NCBI GenBank assembly: GCA_000002435.2
Contig: CM018793.1
DNA length: 64,000 nt
Reading direction: 5' to 3' (one strand)
From: Giardia intestinalis
Taxonomy: Eukaryota
Each line of letters starts with the position of its first letter. Position 1 is the stretch's first letter. Positions 31,305 to 42,900 of the stretch are shown piece by piece. Made by a program: the position numbers and the translations under genes. The notes beneath the pieces are model-generated. The model was not told where the DNA came from, made no database searches, and saw only the letters and a program-made list of their open reading frames with translations.

Positions 31305-33110
31305 ATGACGCTAGAGCCGCACATTCTCCACGACGAGGATACCAATGACAGCGAGCAACACAGGGCGGCGTCGTTTTCTGATGTCTATGAGCTGTGCAGT
31401 ATTCTGCGAGGCGGATTTTCACTAGCGGAATACTTAGTTAGGCATATATCCATTGGTGAGAAATTCCTATGTGTGGAGCTCGATTACGGGAATATAAAGC
31501 ATTTCAATAAGGAACTCTGTCTGGCACGGCTCATGAGCTTCATGGGTCACCAGCATGCTAACCATTTGACATACCGTGAGTTCTTTGCAGACGAAGATGC
31601 CAGAAAGATCCAAATTATTATGGAGCCTTACATTAATAAATGCCTTTGTGACGTGATAGACCAGATTTGTCGCAGAAAGCTTACTCTTTCAGACGACGCT
31701 ATATGGGGTATCATTGCGCAGGTGTTCAATGGGCTTTATTTCTACCATCAGACTGACATCAATGGATTTTGTGGGAAAACACCCATTCATGGCGGAATAA
31801 ATGCCGAGAACATATATATTTCGACTAACGGAGTTGTACAATTGGGCCCGTTTCGGCTCCTCCCAGATTTTGAAGATGACTTCGATAACCTGCAGGAAGA
31901 TAGCACAGTGATACTGCCAACAAGCCCCGGCTCCACAGTACAGTCGTCGTGGAATGTTTCAGATCTTCAGGCCCTTGGATGCATAGTCTATGAGCTCTTG
32001 ACGGGCATATCCTTGAGTAGAGACGAGCAGCTGCAGTACTATACTCCCTGCACTGTTCAGGAAGCAAGGAAGGGACTGCAGTCAGAGTTTGTGTCCGGGA
32101 ATCTCTTGCAATTTGTCAAGCGGCTTCTGGACGCATCAGTATCTTCTACTGCTGCGCTACTGAGTGTTGCAGACAACGAGCACTTGCTGGCAAATATTGA
32201 TTTTGCCAAGGATGTCATTGCAGCACGAAGTGTACATAACAAAGATCAAACCGCTTCACTGCGTTCATCGGTTACCAAAAATAAACATACACCATCGCCA
32301 GACGATCCAGTCATCACTATTCCAGGAGGAATTGCGTACATCAATGAGCTAATACAGGCAGCAATAGAACCCATTCTAATAGAGCAAACATATCTTAAAG
32401 ATGAGATTCAGAAGCAGAAGGACTTGATTGCGGAGCTGAGAGAGTGTCTGACGCAACGTACTCTAGAGATGACGGCGTCTAAGAAGGATATTTCTATGCT
32501 CCAGAGAGCTGTGCTCAAGCTCACATCGGGAGAACATAGGGAAAAGAGTGGAAGTTTACGAGCAACCAGTAATAGTACACGTTTCGGAACAGCTCCTAGA
32601 TCTCAGACTATCTCGTCTCGGTCGGGGACTGCAAGGATTTCGAGCGCACGGTCTCCGGTAAAGACATCAAAGTCTCCGCGGGCAACTCGGTCATCGGACG
32701 CAAACTCTTCTATGTCTGTACTAACCTTATCAGGTGCTAACGACACAAATGAGAAGCGGGCGTCGTTAGAGCTGAAGAAGTTGAAAACTCAAGTTGCGAC
32801 ACTAACGCGTCAACTATCTGATCGTGACGACGACATCCTTGAGCTCCGGCGTCGTCTGGAAAATTCCTATCAGCCACCTACAAAAGAATCAAAGGATTCT
32901 CCAGAGGAGACCGAAAGCCTTCGGGCATCTGCGCTCTCTGCCACGGTGCCTTGTGATGGCAGTGATGACGATGCACATTATGTTAAGTTCGTTTGCTTGC
33001 CCTGCAATCACCTTATTATACATAGGGTAAGGGAAAATAAGATCCATCTACACAGTTGCCCAAAGTGCTCGGGCGGTATAAGCAACCTGGTAGTAATCAC
33101 AGATGATTGA
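31305..33110 (+). CDS. Protein-kinase-like protein, probable NEK-family-like pseudokinase, with coiled coil, Ser-rich linker and C-terminal CxxC pair
   Basis: Kinase-fold landmarks are present but degenerate. The catalytic-loop position reads HGGINAENIYIS (HRD replaced by HGG). The DFG position reads VQLGPF. Subdomain IX is conserved (SDLQALGCIVYELLTG). There is no GxGxxG or VAIK lysine. Then coiled coil (LIAELRECLTQRTLEMTASKKDISMLQRAVLKL) and the C-terminal CLPCNHLIIHRVRENKIHLHSCPKCSG. Confidence 0.6.
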   Translation: MTLEPHILHDEDTNDSEQHRAASFSDVYELCSILRGGFSLAEYLVRHISIGEKFLCVELDYGNIKHFNKELCLARLMSFMGHQHANHLTYREFFADEDARKIQIIMEPYINKCLCDVIDQICRRKLTLSDDAIWGIIAQVFNGLYFYHQTDINGFCGKTPIHGGINAENIYISTNGVVQLGPFRLLPDFEDDFDNLQEDSTVILPTSPGSTVQSSWNVSDLQALGCIVYELLTGISLSRDEQLQYYTPCTVQEARKGLQSEFVSGNLLQFVKRLLDASVSSTAALLSVADNEHLLANIDFAKDVIAARSVHNKDQTASLRSSVTKNKHTPSPDDPVITIPGGIAYINELIQAAIEPILIEQTYLKDEIQKQKDLIAELRECLTQRTLEMTASKKDISMLQRAVLKLTSGEHREKSGSLRATSNSTRFGTAPRSQTISSRSGTARISSARSPVKTSKSPRATRSSDANSSMSVLTLSGANDTNEKRASLELKKLKTQVATLTRQLSDRDDDILELRRRLENSYQPPTKESKDSPEETESLRASALSATVPCDGSDDDAHYVKFVCLPCNHLIIHRVRENKIHLHSCPKCSGGISNLVVITDD

Positions 33111-33153
33111 TTTGTAGGATAGATAACCAATAACTAACCTCATAGTATATAAA

Positions 33154-33942
33154 TTACGCTCCATTTTGTGTGTGATTGTGGTTCAGTGCCTTGTGAATAT
33201 CTTTCAGTGCGTGCTGTACCTCTTGTTTGTAAAAAGCAAAGTCTTTGCACAGGGACGCTATGGCTGCCTCTAACTTATCTACCCGATGATCCAGCTTTTG
33301 TATGGCATGCTCTAGTGGTTCACGACCAGCTAGAGCCGCGTCTGTCTGCGCTAGGCGCCTTTGCAGCTCCTCCTGTGTACCGTGGATGTGCACAGACCAC
33401 AAGCAAAGATCGTTAATTTTAGTGATTAAAGAGGTGAGAGATTTGTCGTGAGCAAGGAGAATGTCGTCCCGCAAGGCCTCGTTCCTAGAGAGGCCATCTG
33501 CTTTTCTGTAGGATTCTGCCACGCGCTCTTCTATTTTCTCAAGGTACTCCTTCCTTGTGGCAAAAGATTGTACATTATCTTTTAGCCGTGTTTCAATATC
33601 TATCAGTTGAAGCTTCAGCTCCTGAGTACGATCATGAAGCGTTGTTTCAACACCTGCAATCCTTTTTGTTATTGCAGCGGAGACAGGAGGAGATTCTTTG
33701 AAAGTATTGAGCGTGTGCTCAAACTCTGCTAGCCTCTGCACTAAAGTATCTAGGACGCTAGTACTAGGCGATGCTATGCTGAGAGTTCTTTGCGACCGGT
33801 CAGAGCCTCCCAGATATCGCATGGAAGAGATAGCCGAGGCAGATACGCTCTGATCCCTTAACTGTGTGCTTCTGATGCTTTTAAGTAGCTTATCATTACG
33901 GGAAGATAGAATAATGTCTTCAACATTTCGCTTTCTGGACAT
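33154..33942 (-). CDS. Hypothetical coiled-coil protein, 262 aa
   Basis: ATG-initiated ORF (verified), heptad-rich throughout. Convergent with the kinase-like gene across a 43-bp gap. Confidence 0.5.
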   Translation of the reverse strand: MSRKRNVEDIILSSRNDKLLKSIRSTQLRDQSVSASAISSMRYLGGSDRSQRTLSIASPSTSVLDTLVQRLAEFEHTLNTFKESPPVSAAITKRIAGVETTLHDRTQELKLQLIDIETRLKDNVQSFATRKEYLEKIEERVAESYRKADGLSRNEALRDDILLAHDKSLTSLITKINDLCLWSVHIHGTQEELQRRLAQTDAALAGREPLEHAIQKLDHRVDKLEAAIASLCKDFAFYKQEVQHALKDIHKALNHNHTQNGA

Positions 33943-33996
33943 CCTTCGCGCAGTACTTCTGCTCCAACGAGGATTTTTTTTCTAAGACTCCCTGTT

Positions 33997-36900
33997 CTAA
34001 TTAAGCCCCATGAGTTTCTTGATTGATTCAACGCATTCAGTGGTGATCGAGTCCATGATATCATTGAAGACAGCAAATGTTATGTGGTTTGCTATTGAGC
34101 TCTCTGTGTATGTGATCTGGCGTAGGTAGGGACCAAGAGTGCGACTGCGCACTAATGCATCTTCTGATATCTCTTTCCTCCGCTTTGCTTCTCTTTTTAT
34201 CTTTGCTATGAGATTGGTACTCATAACTGGTAAACAGATTTCTCTTTTCGGCTTTAGAGGAACAGGAGCGGAAAGGCTCTGTGGCTTTGGTGTAGCATTT
34301 TTCAAAGGTGCTATGTTCTGCACGGGCTCGTGCCACATAGGATGGTTTGGGGCATCTTCTAAACTTTCTCTAGAGGCAGGCTTATAGTCATTAAGCTTGT
34401 TCATACCAGACTCTGAGATGGGCCTAGTAAACTGGAATGGCTCGTCAATATTGCTTGGTGCTGAGACACTCGAGGTACGGCTGGCAGGGTTAGTGGAGCC
34501 AGTTGGGCTGTTGAGTATGTGTGCGTACTTATCTATTACGTCCTTGCTTGCAGATAGCTCTCTGTATAACCTTTGCAGTTCTTCTAGGCGGTCCAGTGGT
34601 GCAGATGGTGCAGACTGATAGTCCAGCTCCGCTTTTGCACCCGCTGTAAGTGGACTCCTAGGTTCTTCCGAAGCAGGTACAACAGATGGTAGGGATGGGG
34701 TGTCATCCTTCGTGGCGGAGGTTATATCAGGGGTTGCTTGGCCACTGACTAAAAGGTCACTCTTAATATCTGAAGTTAATTGGTCAACAAGCTTATCGTT
34801 TAGCGTTTGAAACGCTATCTTTAAGTCTAAGACCGTCTCCGATGACAACTTGATTGAGGTGGTTAGGAATTCCAGCTGCTTAACGTACTCCTGCCACAAT
34901 AGAGGATCAATAGCATGCTTCTGGGAGTCGTTACAGGCCTGGGCAAAGAGCATATTGTTCCTGGATATGTCAACAAGGCTCTGTAACGCCTGTAAGATAG
35001 CGGAAAGATGTTCTGGACATGTATCAGGCGTTTGTTGTAAACCATGTGTACGCTTAGGAGGACAGTCACCATTGGGTACACTTGCTGCCAAGTCAGGACA
35101 AACTGCACTGTTACTATGACTGGTGATTGGTCTCATCCTAGAAGAGTGGCTATACTTAGGATCACGTTGCAGACTGTTTAACTCACTAGAAGGTGATGCA
35201 TCAATAATAGGTTCTTCTTGGATAACGTGCGTGGAGCCAGAAGAGGGTTCTTCAGAGGTATTAGGTGGAAGACGCCGTATGCTGTATGCGACCTCTTTGG
35301 CCAATGTATTTTTCTCAGCTGTGGTTTTCTTTAATAGGTAGGGTCCACGTGTCTCTATAGCACGGTCGATAACGGCAGCCTTATATGATTGGGGAAAAGG
35401 AGGGGGCAAAGCTGCGTCACTGTTTGGCACAGCAACTGGTTCTATTGATGTAGTCTTGGCCGTTTTTGTGTTTATTTGACGTTCTGATTGTATAATAGAA
35501 ATCGATTGCTTCACATCTTTAGGCTCTGATATAGATTGATTTCTTTCTGCATCAACTGAGGGCTGGGGCAGGCCGTGTTCTAGAATGGTGGGAAGCTCTA
35601 TGCCTGATTCTGAAGAAGCCACTATAAAGACAGGAGGCTTATCCTGTGATGAAACCGTCCGCGCCATTGTGTCTTTAGAAACGGCTATAGCGGTATTGAT
35701 CTGGCCAAGAAGCTCAGAAACCGAAGACGATACCGATGCTGATAGAGGTACTGAACCAGTACCCACACTGGTTGAGGGTTGGGATAAGACTGGTCTGGAA
35801 TTTTGTCCGATACTTGTAAAGGCTTTGGCTATATGTTGCTTGCCGTGCCGTGTAGCAACAGATAGCGGAACGACCTCTTCATCTTCGACAATCTCTTGAT
35901 GTATAGGCTTTATCTTTACATAGCTACGCACAAAGTCTGTCTTTTTGCATTCTTGTGCAATAACCGATTCATTTAAAGGGTCTGTGGTCTGCTTAATATA
36001 AAAGTTGGATTGTGGATATAGTTGTTGGGGTTCTGATTCTATTGGACTTGAGAGAAGATTGGTTCTAATAACTGACCCAGCATCTCCAGGCTCCTGTTCG
36101 GTCAAAGGTTCTCTTAATAGAAGAGTTTGTTGCGGATATAGTAGAAGATTAGTACTAGCTCTTTCAGCCATTGCCTCTGGGGTCTGAAAGGTCATCTCAT
36201 TAGCTAATAGTGTAGATGGTATAGTTGATGGAGTGTCGAAATTAGTATACTTCAGAATTGTAGAAGCCTTACCTGTGTGCGTGTTTTCCAATGTTTCATC
36301 TAAAGTGGCTATCGATACAGTGTAGTCTGGTTTGCTGAAATCAAAGCGTAGTGGGAGAGAAGGTCCTTCTACTGACAAAAAGCTTGTATAGGAGTTGTTG
36401 GCCGAAGCCTCAGTGAGAGATGCCCCGCTCTTCTGGGTGTTGGTTGGTAGCTTAAAAGCAGGGCCTATCCACGTGTGAAGCTTCGCTAACGGAGCATCTG
36501 ACGACGCTTCATGTAAGTCTTCAAATGGCTGTTTCGTATGTGGCTTGATGGAGTCACTAGAGATTACATTATCTTGCTGGATAGCGTGTACATATGATTG
36601 CACGCCATCGTCATCTACTGGATCAGAATAAGGTGTCCCAGATGGCTCTCGATTCGTTAGTGGTATTAGCTCTGAACGTGTCCTAAGATTTAACATAATA
36701 CTTTCTTTTTCTATAGTGCAATCCTCGATCCCAATACAATCTTTGTACATTGATGTAGTGTAGTCATGATTGTTAGAGCGCTGATCATTGATAGAAGTAG
36801 CACGAGTGACTGACTGCTCTATTGAAGTATTTTGGCATTCTAAGGTATACAAAGGCATGGCACGCCCTTCCTGAGGAGATGATCCCTTAGATTCTTTAGG

Positions 36901-39900
36901 AAGATTCATAGTAGGTTGACTCATGATTCTAGTATAGTTGCTCAGCATATGCTGCTCGATAGGTGGAGTAGCATCTTTATGGTACGCTCTTTTCGGGACA
37001 GTAATTTCAAGACAAGTCTCATCCACATCGTTCAATGCCTTTAACATGTAGGATTTCTGGGTATTCAAGGTGCTTACCGGTGCAATAGAATCACAGAGTT
37101 TCGGGTCTCTGTTGCCCAATCTTGTGATTCTTATGTTAGGATAGTCTGAATTATGAGTATAGCTGCGGCTCACTGATGAACTTCGTATGCTTATCCCATC
37201 TAGACTCCTTGGACAATCAATACGTGGGTTGATTACTTCCTTTGTACATACGTGTCGTGATAGTTCTACATACGCTGATTTAGATCTTGTTAGATTACAG
37301 GTGTTGAAGTTGTCATGCACAACCTCCAGCTTTGACAATGCATGAATAGGACCATAGCTATTATCGCTTGGCTCATGAATATTAGTCTTTGATGGCTGTG
37401 CTTTAACAATTACATCATGCATAGCAATCACATCTGAGTGTAAATTATCTACTACACCATGAGAGAAGTTTGATCTTGCTTTCCTAATAAATGGAAGATC
37501 TATCTCGAAGCACTGTTGGTCATCATCATGCCTGATAAGTTCTGCGTCAATCGCTCTTGTTAAGTAGGTTATGCTTTTCTCACCAGCAGTAACTAAATCC
37601 CTCTGCCCAGACGTTACTCTTATGATATGTGCTCTTGTTTTGTTAATGCTGTAAATGGGTATTGCAGTGATAGCTTCATCTGTGCATGTTCTATGGATTT
37701 CTTTAGAGACATATTCCTTTGCTGCAGTACATGTAGCTATGGGTTGTCGAAAGAGCAAATAAGGATCAGCGGGTACTGATACCATATTCAAGCAAGCAGA
37801 GTCCAAACTTTGCTGTACATACTTAAGTGTCAACTCTGCCTCAACGCTGGCCTCAAAGATATCATCAGATTGATTGATGTTGTTCTGAATTGCAAACTCA
37901 CGATTGGCATACTGTTTAGGGGCCTGAAAGACGACAGAATCATCAGGAAATTGCCAGTGTGGATGACCATAAAGGTGCCTAGTAGCTTCAGTTTTTGCTG
38001 GATTCATAGTGTATAGTGGTATCGTAGAGATGGCAAACGGCATAGTGAGGGTGGGCTCACTCGCAGACTCCTTACGATGTGATTGGTCTACAACTTGTGG
38101 TATTTGCATCTCTGTAGTAGTCACACATATCTCTTCCCTTGGTGAGTTGGCGCAACTACTACTTAGAGTATCTTGTTGCAGTGTCAGTTCCCTAGGTAGC
38201 CTAAAAGGATGTGCGAGCTGTGTCTCAATCTCTATCGGTGGCCGTAATGTCTCAACTAGTGAAATGTCCACTTCATTTGAGTCAGCTACAATTGGACGAA
38301 CAGTCGATTTAGCTAAATTGTGCATCACTGAAGTAGTAGTGAGCATATCCACATCAATACTCTCACCATTAGAGGCGCTGAGCTCACATTGTATACAGGA
38401 GGATGTGAGGTTGTCCAGCTGCACATCTGGGACTGGTGAACTATTAGGTAGGTGGCGGATATCTCCTAAGAAAGAATCTTTTGATACAGAAGTCTGAGGT
38501 GCCAAGTGATCAATCCCCCCTTCAATAGAGGGCTGTTCACAATTACGAAGATTGACTGTATCTTCCTCCTCCTGTGTTAAGTCCGGTGCTACCAAAGATG
38601 TTGCAGAATTAGCAAGATCTACTTTCTGTTGCCAGCTTTGCAAAATGCTTACTCCTCTTGACTCATCCGGAACAAACCCGTAAAGAAGAAGTTGTGCGTT
38701 TTTGTAGTATTGAAGCGAGCTTCTTCTATTATGAGTTAGGCTACCAAGATTGTTTCGTTCTGGTTGTGTTGTAACAGGGATAGCCTGCATGTGTTTAATT
38801 CTAAGATCTGTAAGAAAGAAAGTTGGAGCCGGCCATGCCTCAATAATGCTGTCACTGTTATCTATCAATGTGTCAGAAAAGGCGTCGTTTGAAAAGTTCC
38901 ATATGGCGTTAACCTGTGTTTCTAAAAGTAACGGTCGTGTACAAGGCTGACATTCTCTTAACGCACAGGAGAGACGGTCCAGTTCCAACGTGCGGGTATC
39001 AGCAATCAGAGTATGAGACGGTGTCCTAGTTAACATCTGGGATCTAAGCATGTATTCCGGCGCAGCAAACTCTACATCGGTGTCGCTACTGCTGGTAAGA
39101 GATGTTTCCTCGTTCTCTAAAACGGACGGTTGTAACTGGATGCTTATACTAGGAAGAGTAAGGTCAAGCTTCATAACCGAGCCACTTCTGTTTGGTATTG
39201 GTTCAGCTGGAAAAGAAGAACAGCCAAGGACAATGTCGTGCTGAGCAGTATGCACCGGGGGAGCATCGTGTGCAATCATATCAATTGTTGCACTATAATC
39301 TTTAGCTACATCAGGAATGTTGATAGCGTTACATAACTGGTAATTCGTTGTACAATACAAGTAGGGGCAGTCTGATGATGGAGGTTTCAATGGGGCTCTT
39401 GATAGGCTGCTGACTTCTACAGATTGCTGGCAACACGTCTGGAATGGTGCATTTAGTTTGTAGTCATATGAAACATTCAGTTCTCTAACAGTGTTGAGTA
39501 CACCCTTTAGGTTCCTCAATTGCTGACTACTGGGCAACTCTAGATCAGACAAAATGGCTAACATATTATTTGGACAATCAGATCCATCAATGGATACCCG
39601 ACTCTGTGCTAGTATATATTCGGCTAGGGCAACGGCCTCCACCACGTTATCTGGGTCCTGGGTCGGTGCCTGTAAATACATACGTTTACTAGGCCTTGGA
39701 CCGGACATAGATCCTGGGCGGCCGGAAGATTGAGGCTGTCCAGGCCGAGAGCCGCGGCTATTTTGGGAAGCAGCTCCCGGCGTTCTGGGTGTCACCTGAG
39801 CCTTATTGGATCGCGGAATGCCTGATGCACTCTGCACTCCCACTTTAGGATCAATCGTACCATACTTCTGCAGTTGTTGCATAAGGGTTCCACTCGCTCC

Positions 39901-42900
39901 ACTACTAGTACTACTAGCGCTTGTAGTTCTATCTGGCATAACCATGTCGGACATAGTATTCATGCGCTGAACAGTAGCCTGCGAGATTTGCCCTCCTTCG
40001 GAAAGAGAGCCAGGAAGTGGTGGCTCAGGAATTGGGGGATGAGATCTAGATGTAGGCCGAACACGCGGGTGTGCCGCAGGAGAGATAACTTGGGGCATAT
40101 ACGTTGTAGGAGAAGCGGCTTGCGCCCAGTTGGTAGACAAGGAGCCAGTGGTCAATACACTGGGAGAAAGCCCATTTTGCCTCTCCGCCGCTCTGATGGC
40201 TTCCTTAGCTCGCGTAATTCTATCATCCAATTGGTTTTCTGTCAGAGAAGTTGATTGTGTGTTACTAGATCTCATAAGGAGAGACTGCCGCATTGACTGT
40301 ATTGAATGATTGAACGACTCAAAGTCCGGTTGTGGAAGACCGTAGTACGGTTCTGCTGCGGGGAGAATGGTCATATCTTCATATTGCGGCTCACTATCGG
40401 ATGAGTCATCCTTCTGGGCGTATCCGTCTCGCCCCGTTGCTGTAGCTCGTGACAGATCTGCTGGAGTGGCTTCTTCTTTACGTGCTACGACAAATTTCCG
40501 TCCAGAGCGTGCTATATCGCCCAAGGTCATATCTGAGCGAATATGAAGTGCATTGCTTAATGGGGCGCCTTTAACGTAGCTCTTTGCAACATCACCTTGC
40601 AGAAGGCTTGGGTCAGTCATTCCAACTGCACGTGCCATCTCCACGTACTTGCTGTTGACAAATTGGGTCACTTCTTGCGCAGGCGTATCGTCGCTGACAC
40701 TATTCTTCATATCCTTAGCCTTCATAAGGCCTTGTGAAATACTTTTTGTCAACTGCCGTTTATATTGATAATAAGGTGTTACATTAGAATACAAATAAGA
40801 GCTATCGACATTAGTAGTTGAAGCAGTGGCAGGTGCAGCATCCTTTTGCTTCAGAGGATCCACATCCTCTAACTCTAATTCGTTGCCCTTAGGCCTACCA
40901 TAGACATGCACATCTGGGATGTGAGCCTTTGGCTGTTTTGAGCGCACCTCCGCCAGACGGCGCAGCTTCTCCTGTTCTGCAGGAGTAAGTTTAGGATACA
41001 CTAACTTCGAAATAGTCACCTCGGGATCCGACGAACTGTGATCCTCGTCAGACTCATACTGCATCATCTGTTCACGCGACTTCGTTTCGTATTGAGCCAG
41101 TTGCGTGACAATAGTATGATTTGGTCCTTGGTGCTGTCGCTTATGCTTCTTTTCTCCAATGGACTTGTCAGAAACCAAGCGTGAGCGACCCGCATCGGCA
41201 GCTGAAATAAACAATTTTGTTTCTTGAATATCATCTTCGACACTTATGTCTTCGCCATAATAACCGCTACTGCCTGGCATACTGGTGTTAGCATGTTTCG
41301 AAGCATTGCTCACATCTTTCCCGATATCCTTCTGTGGCTTTGACCTCAGTAACGGCTCACGTTGTATAGACAAAACATTTGTATGTCCATATGCATCATC
41401 ATAGTGTTCATATGACGCCCCATCATCTACCCCTCCGGGCATTGAGCCACGAGGTTTGCGCCCGGCAAACGGCCGATCCCCTGCATCTGCCGAATGTTTC
41501 CCGAACGCAGAGGCATGCTGCCTTGGATTATAGAGCACAGTACTTTCAGGGATTGTCATAATATCTGCTAACATCGGTTCAGAATCCTCAGGCAAAGTAA
41601 GCGCTTGCTTCGATTGTTTCGGTAGTCTAACAAAATTGCTTGCAGCTGCATGCACACTGTTAACAATGTCATCATCAAAGGAGCCGGGGCTAGAATTACT
41701 CTGCTGCCTCGTGCTGCGTGTTCTACTAGCTTGTCGCTCATTACGTGGTGATCTCAACACACCTCTTCCAGCATTGGAACGCAAACCAGTTCCGTGATTT
41801 GCCTCCGACGTCACTCCATTATCATAGGATTCATTGGTATAGTCCTGACCGAGTGGTGCCGCCATATTTTTATTATAGATTGCTGCTGGTGTACCCTTAG
41901 GAGCTGCCCGTGGCTGCTTTGTGTATAGTAAAGTAGCGTTAGAGGAAAGAATATTTAAGTCAGAATGATCGGAGTCATCAAGCCTATTCTGCGCCTGAAA
42001 AGAAGACTTTGCATACGCAGAATTATAAGAGTTATCTTTATTGCTACCAGTTAATCCACCTCCAGCGCTTTGAGGCCTCCTATGAACAGTCAAAGTAGCA
42101 TCATATTCATCAGGATCAACTTCGCTGTCGCAAGGTGCGTTAGACTCGGGAGGAGGCAAAACAATATCGTCTATTTCTGGCTTGACGCGTTGAATTACTG
42201 TGCGCGGTTCACTAGGGGTCTTTGCACGCTTGCTTGAAGTGGATCTCTGGTTCATGGCCGGTGCGAGTTGTGGAAGCCGCGGTGGCAAGACTACATTTGC
42301 TTCTATGACATCTGTGATGTCTGACGTTGAAAAGTCAGACTCGACGCTAGTTTCTATATCATGGGGTATGCTTGCGGTGTTATCTACCTCCAAGTTTGCT
42401 CGTTGTATTGAGACTACTCGTGGCTGTTCAGTTGCAGAGCGTCTAGAATCATCTCCAGCTGCAAAGCTCGAGCTGGCAGGCGTCCTGGTTGAAGCTGAAG
42501 ACATATAACCCTTTCCTAGCTGGCTTTGATTGGGCGTCCCTGCCTGTAAACGGGTTACACGAGGGGGCGCACCTTTTGATGCTTGGAGTGGCAGAGCATC
42601 TGCTTGGGCTGTCTTTGCAGCAGCAGTTGTAGTCGGAGTCGGCATAGCTTGTCTTGCAATCGGCGCCGGCGGCTGAAATCTCTTGCCAGGAACGGCTCCA
42701 TCTACAGCATCCCCCACGGACATAGAGGAAGATATGCCTTCAGAAAAGAGCTCATTTTGCAAATCGGGTAGTCGTTGTAAGAACAATGCTCGTTCTCCTG
42801 GTGCCATTTGCGCAAGCTGTTCATCTGTAATTCGTAGATCTGAGGACTCGGCACTGGCTTCGTGGAACTCAGAGCCCTTTGATGAAGAGAGAAGATCCCT

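Noticed and set aside
38009-38497. 162-aa plus-strand ORF and other 60-126-aa ORFs inside the 3049-aa gene; also 3335-3682 and 7166-7561 inside the 962-aa and ValRS genes
   Set aside because: Nested antisense or off-frame ORFs within long, well-supported coding regions.
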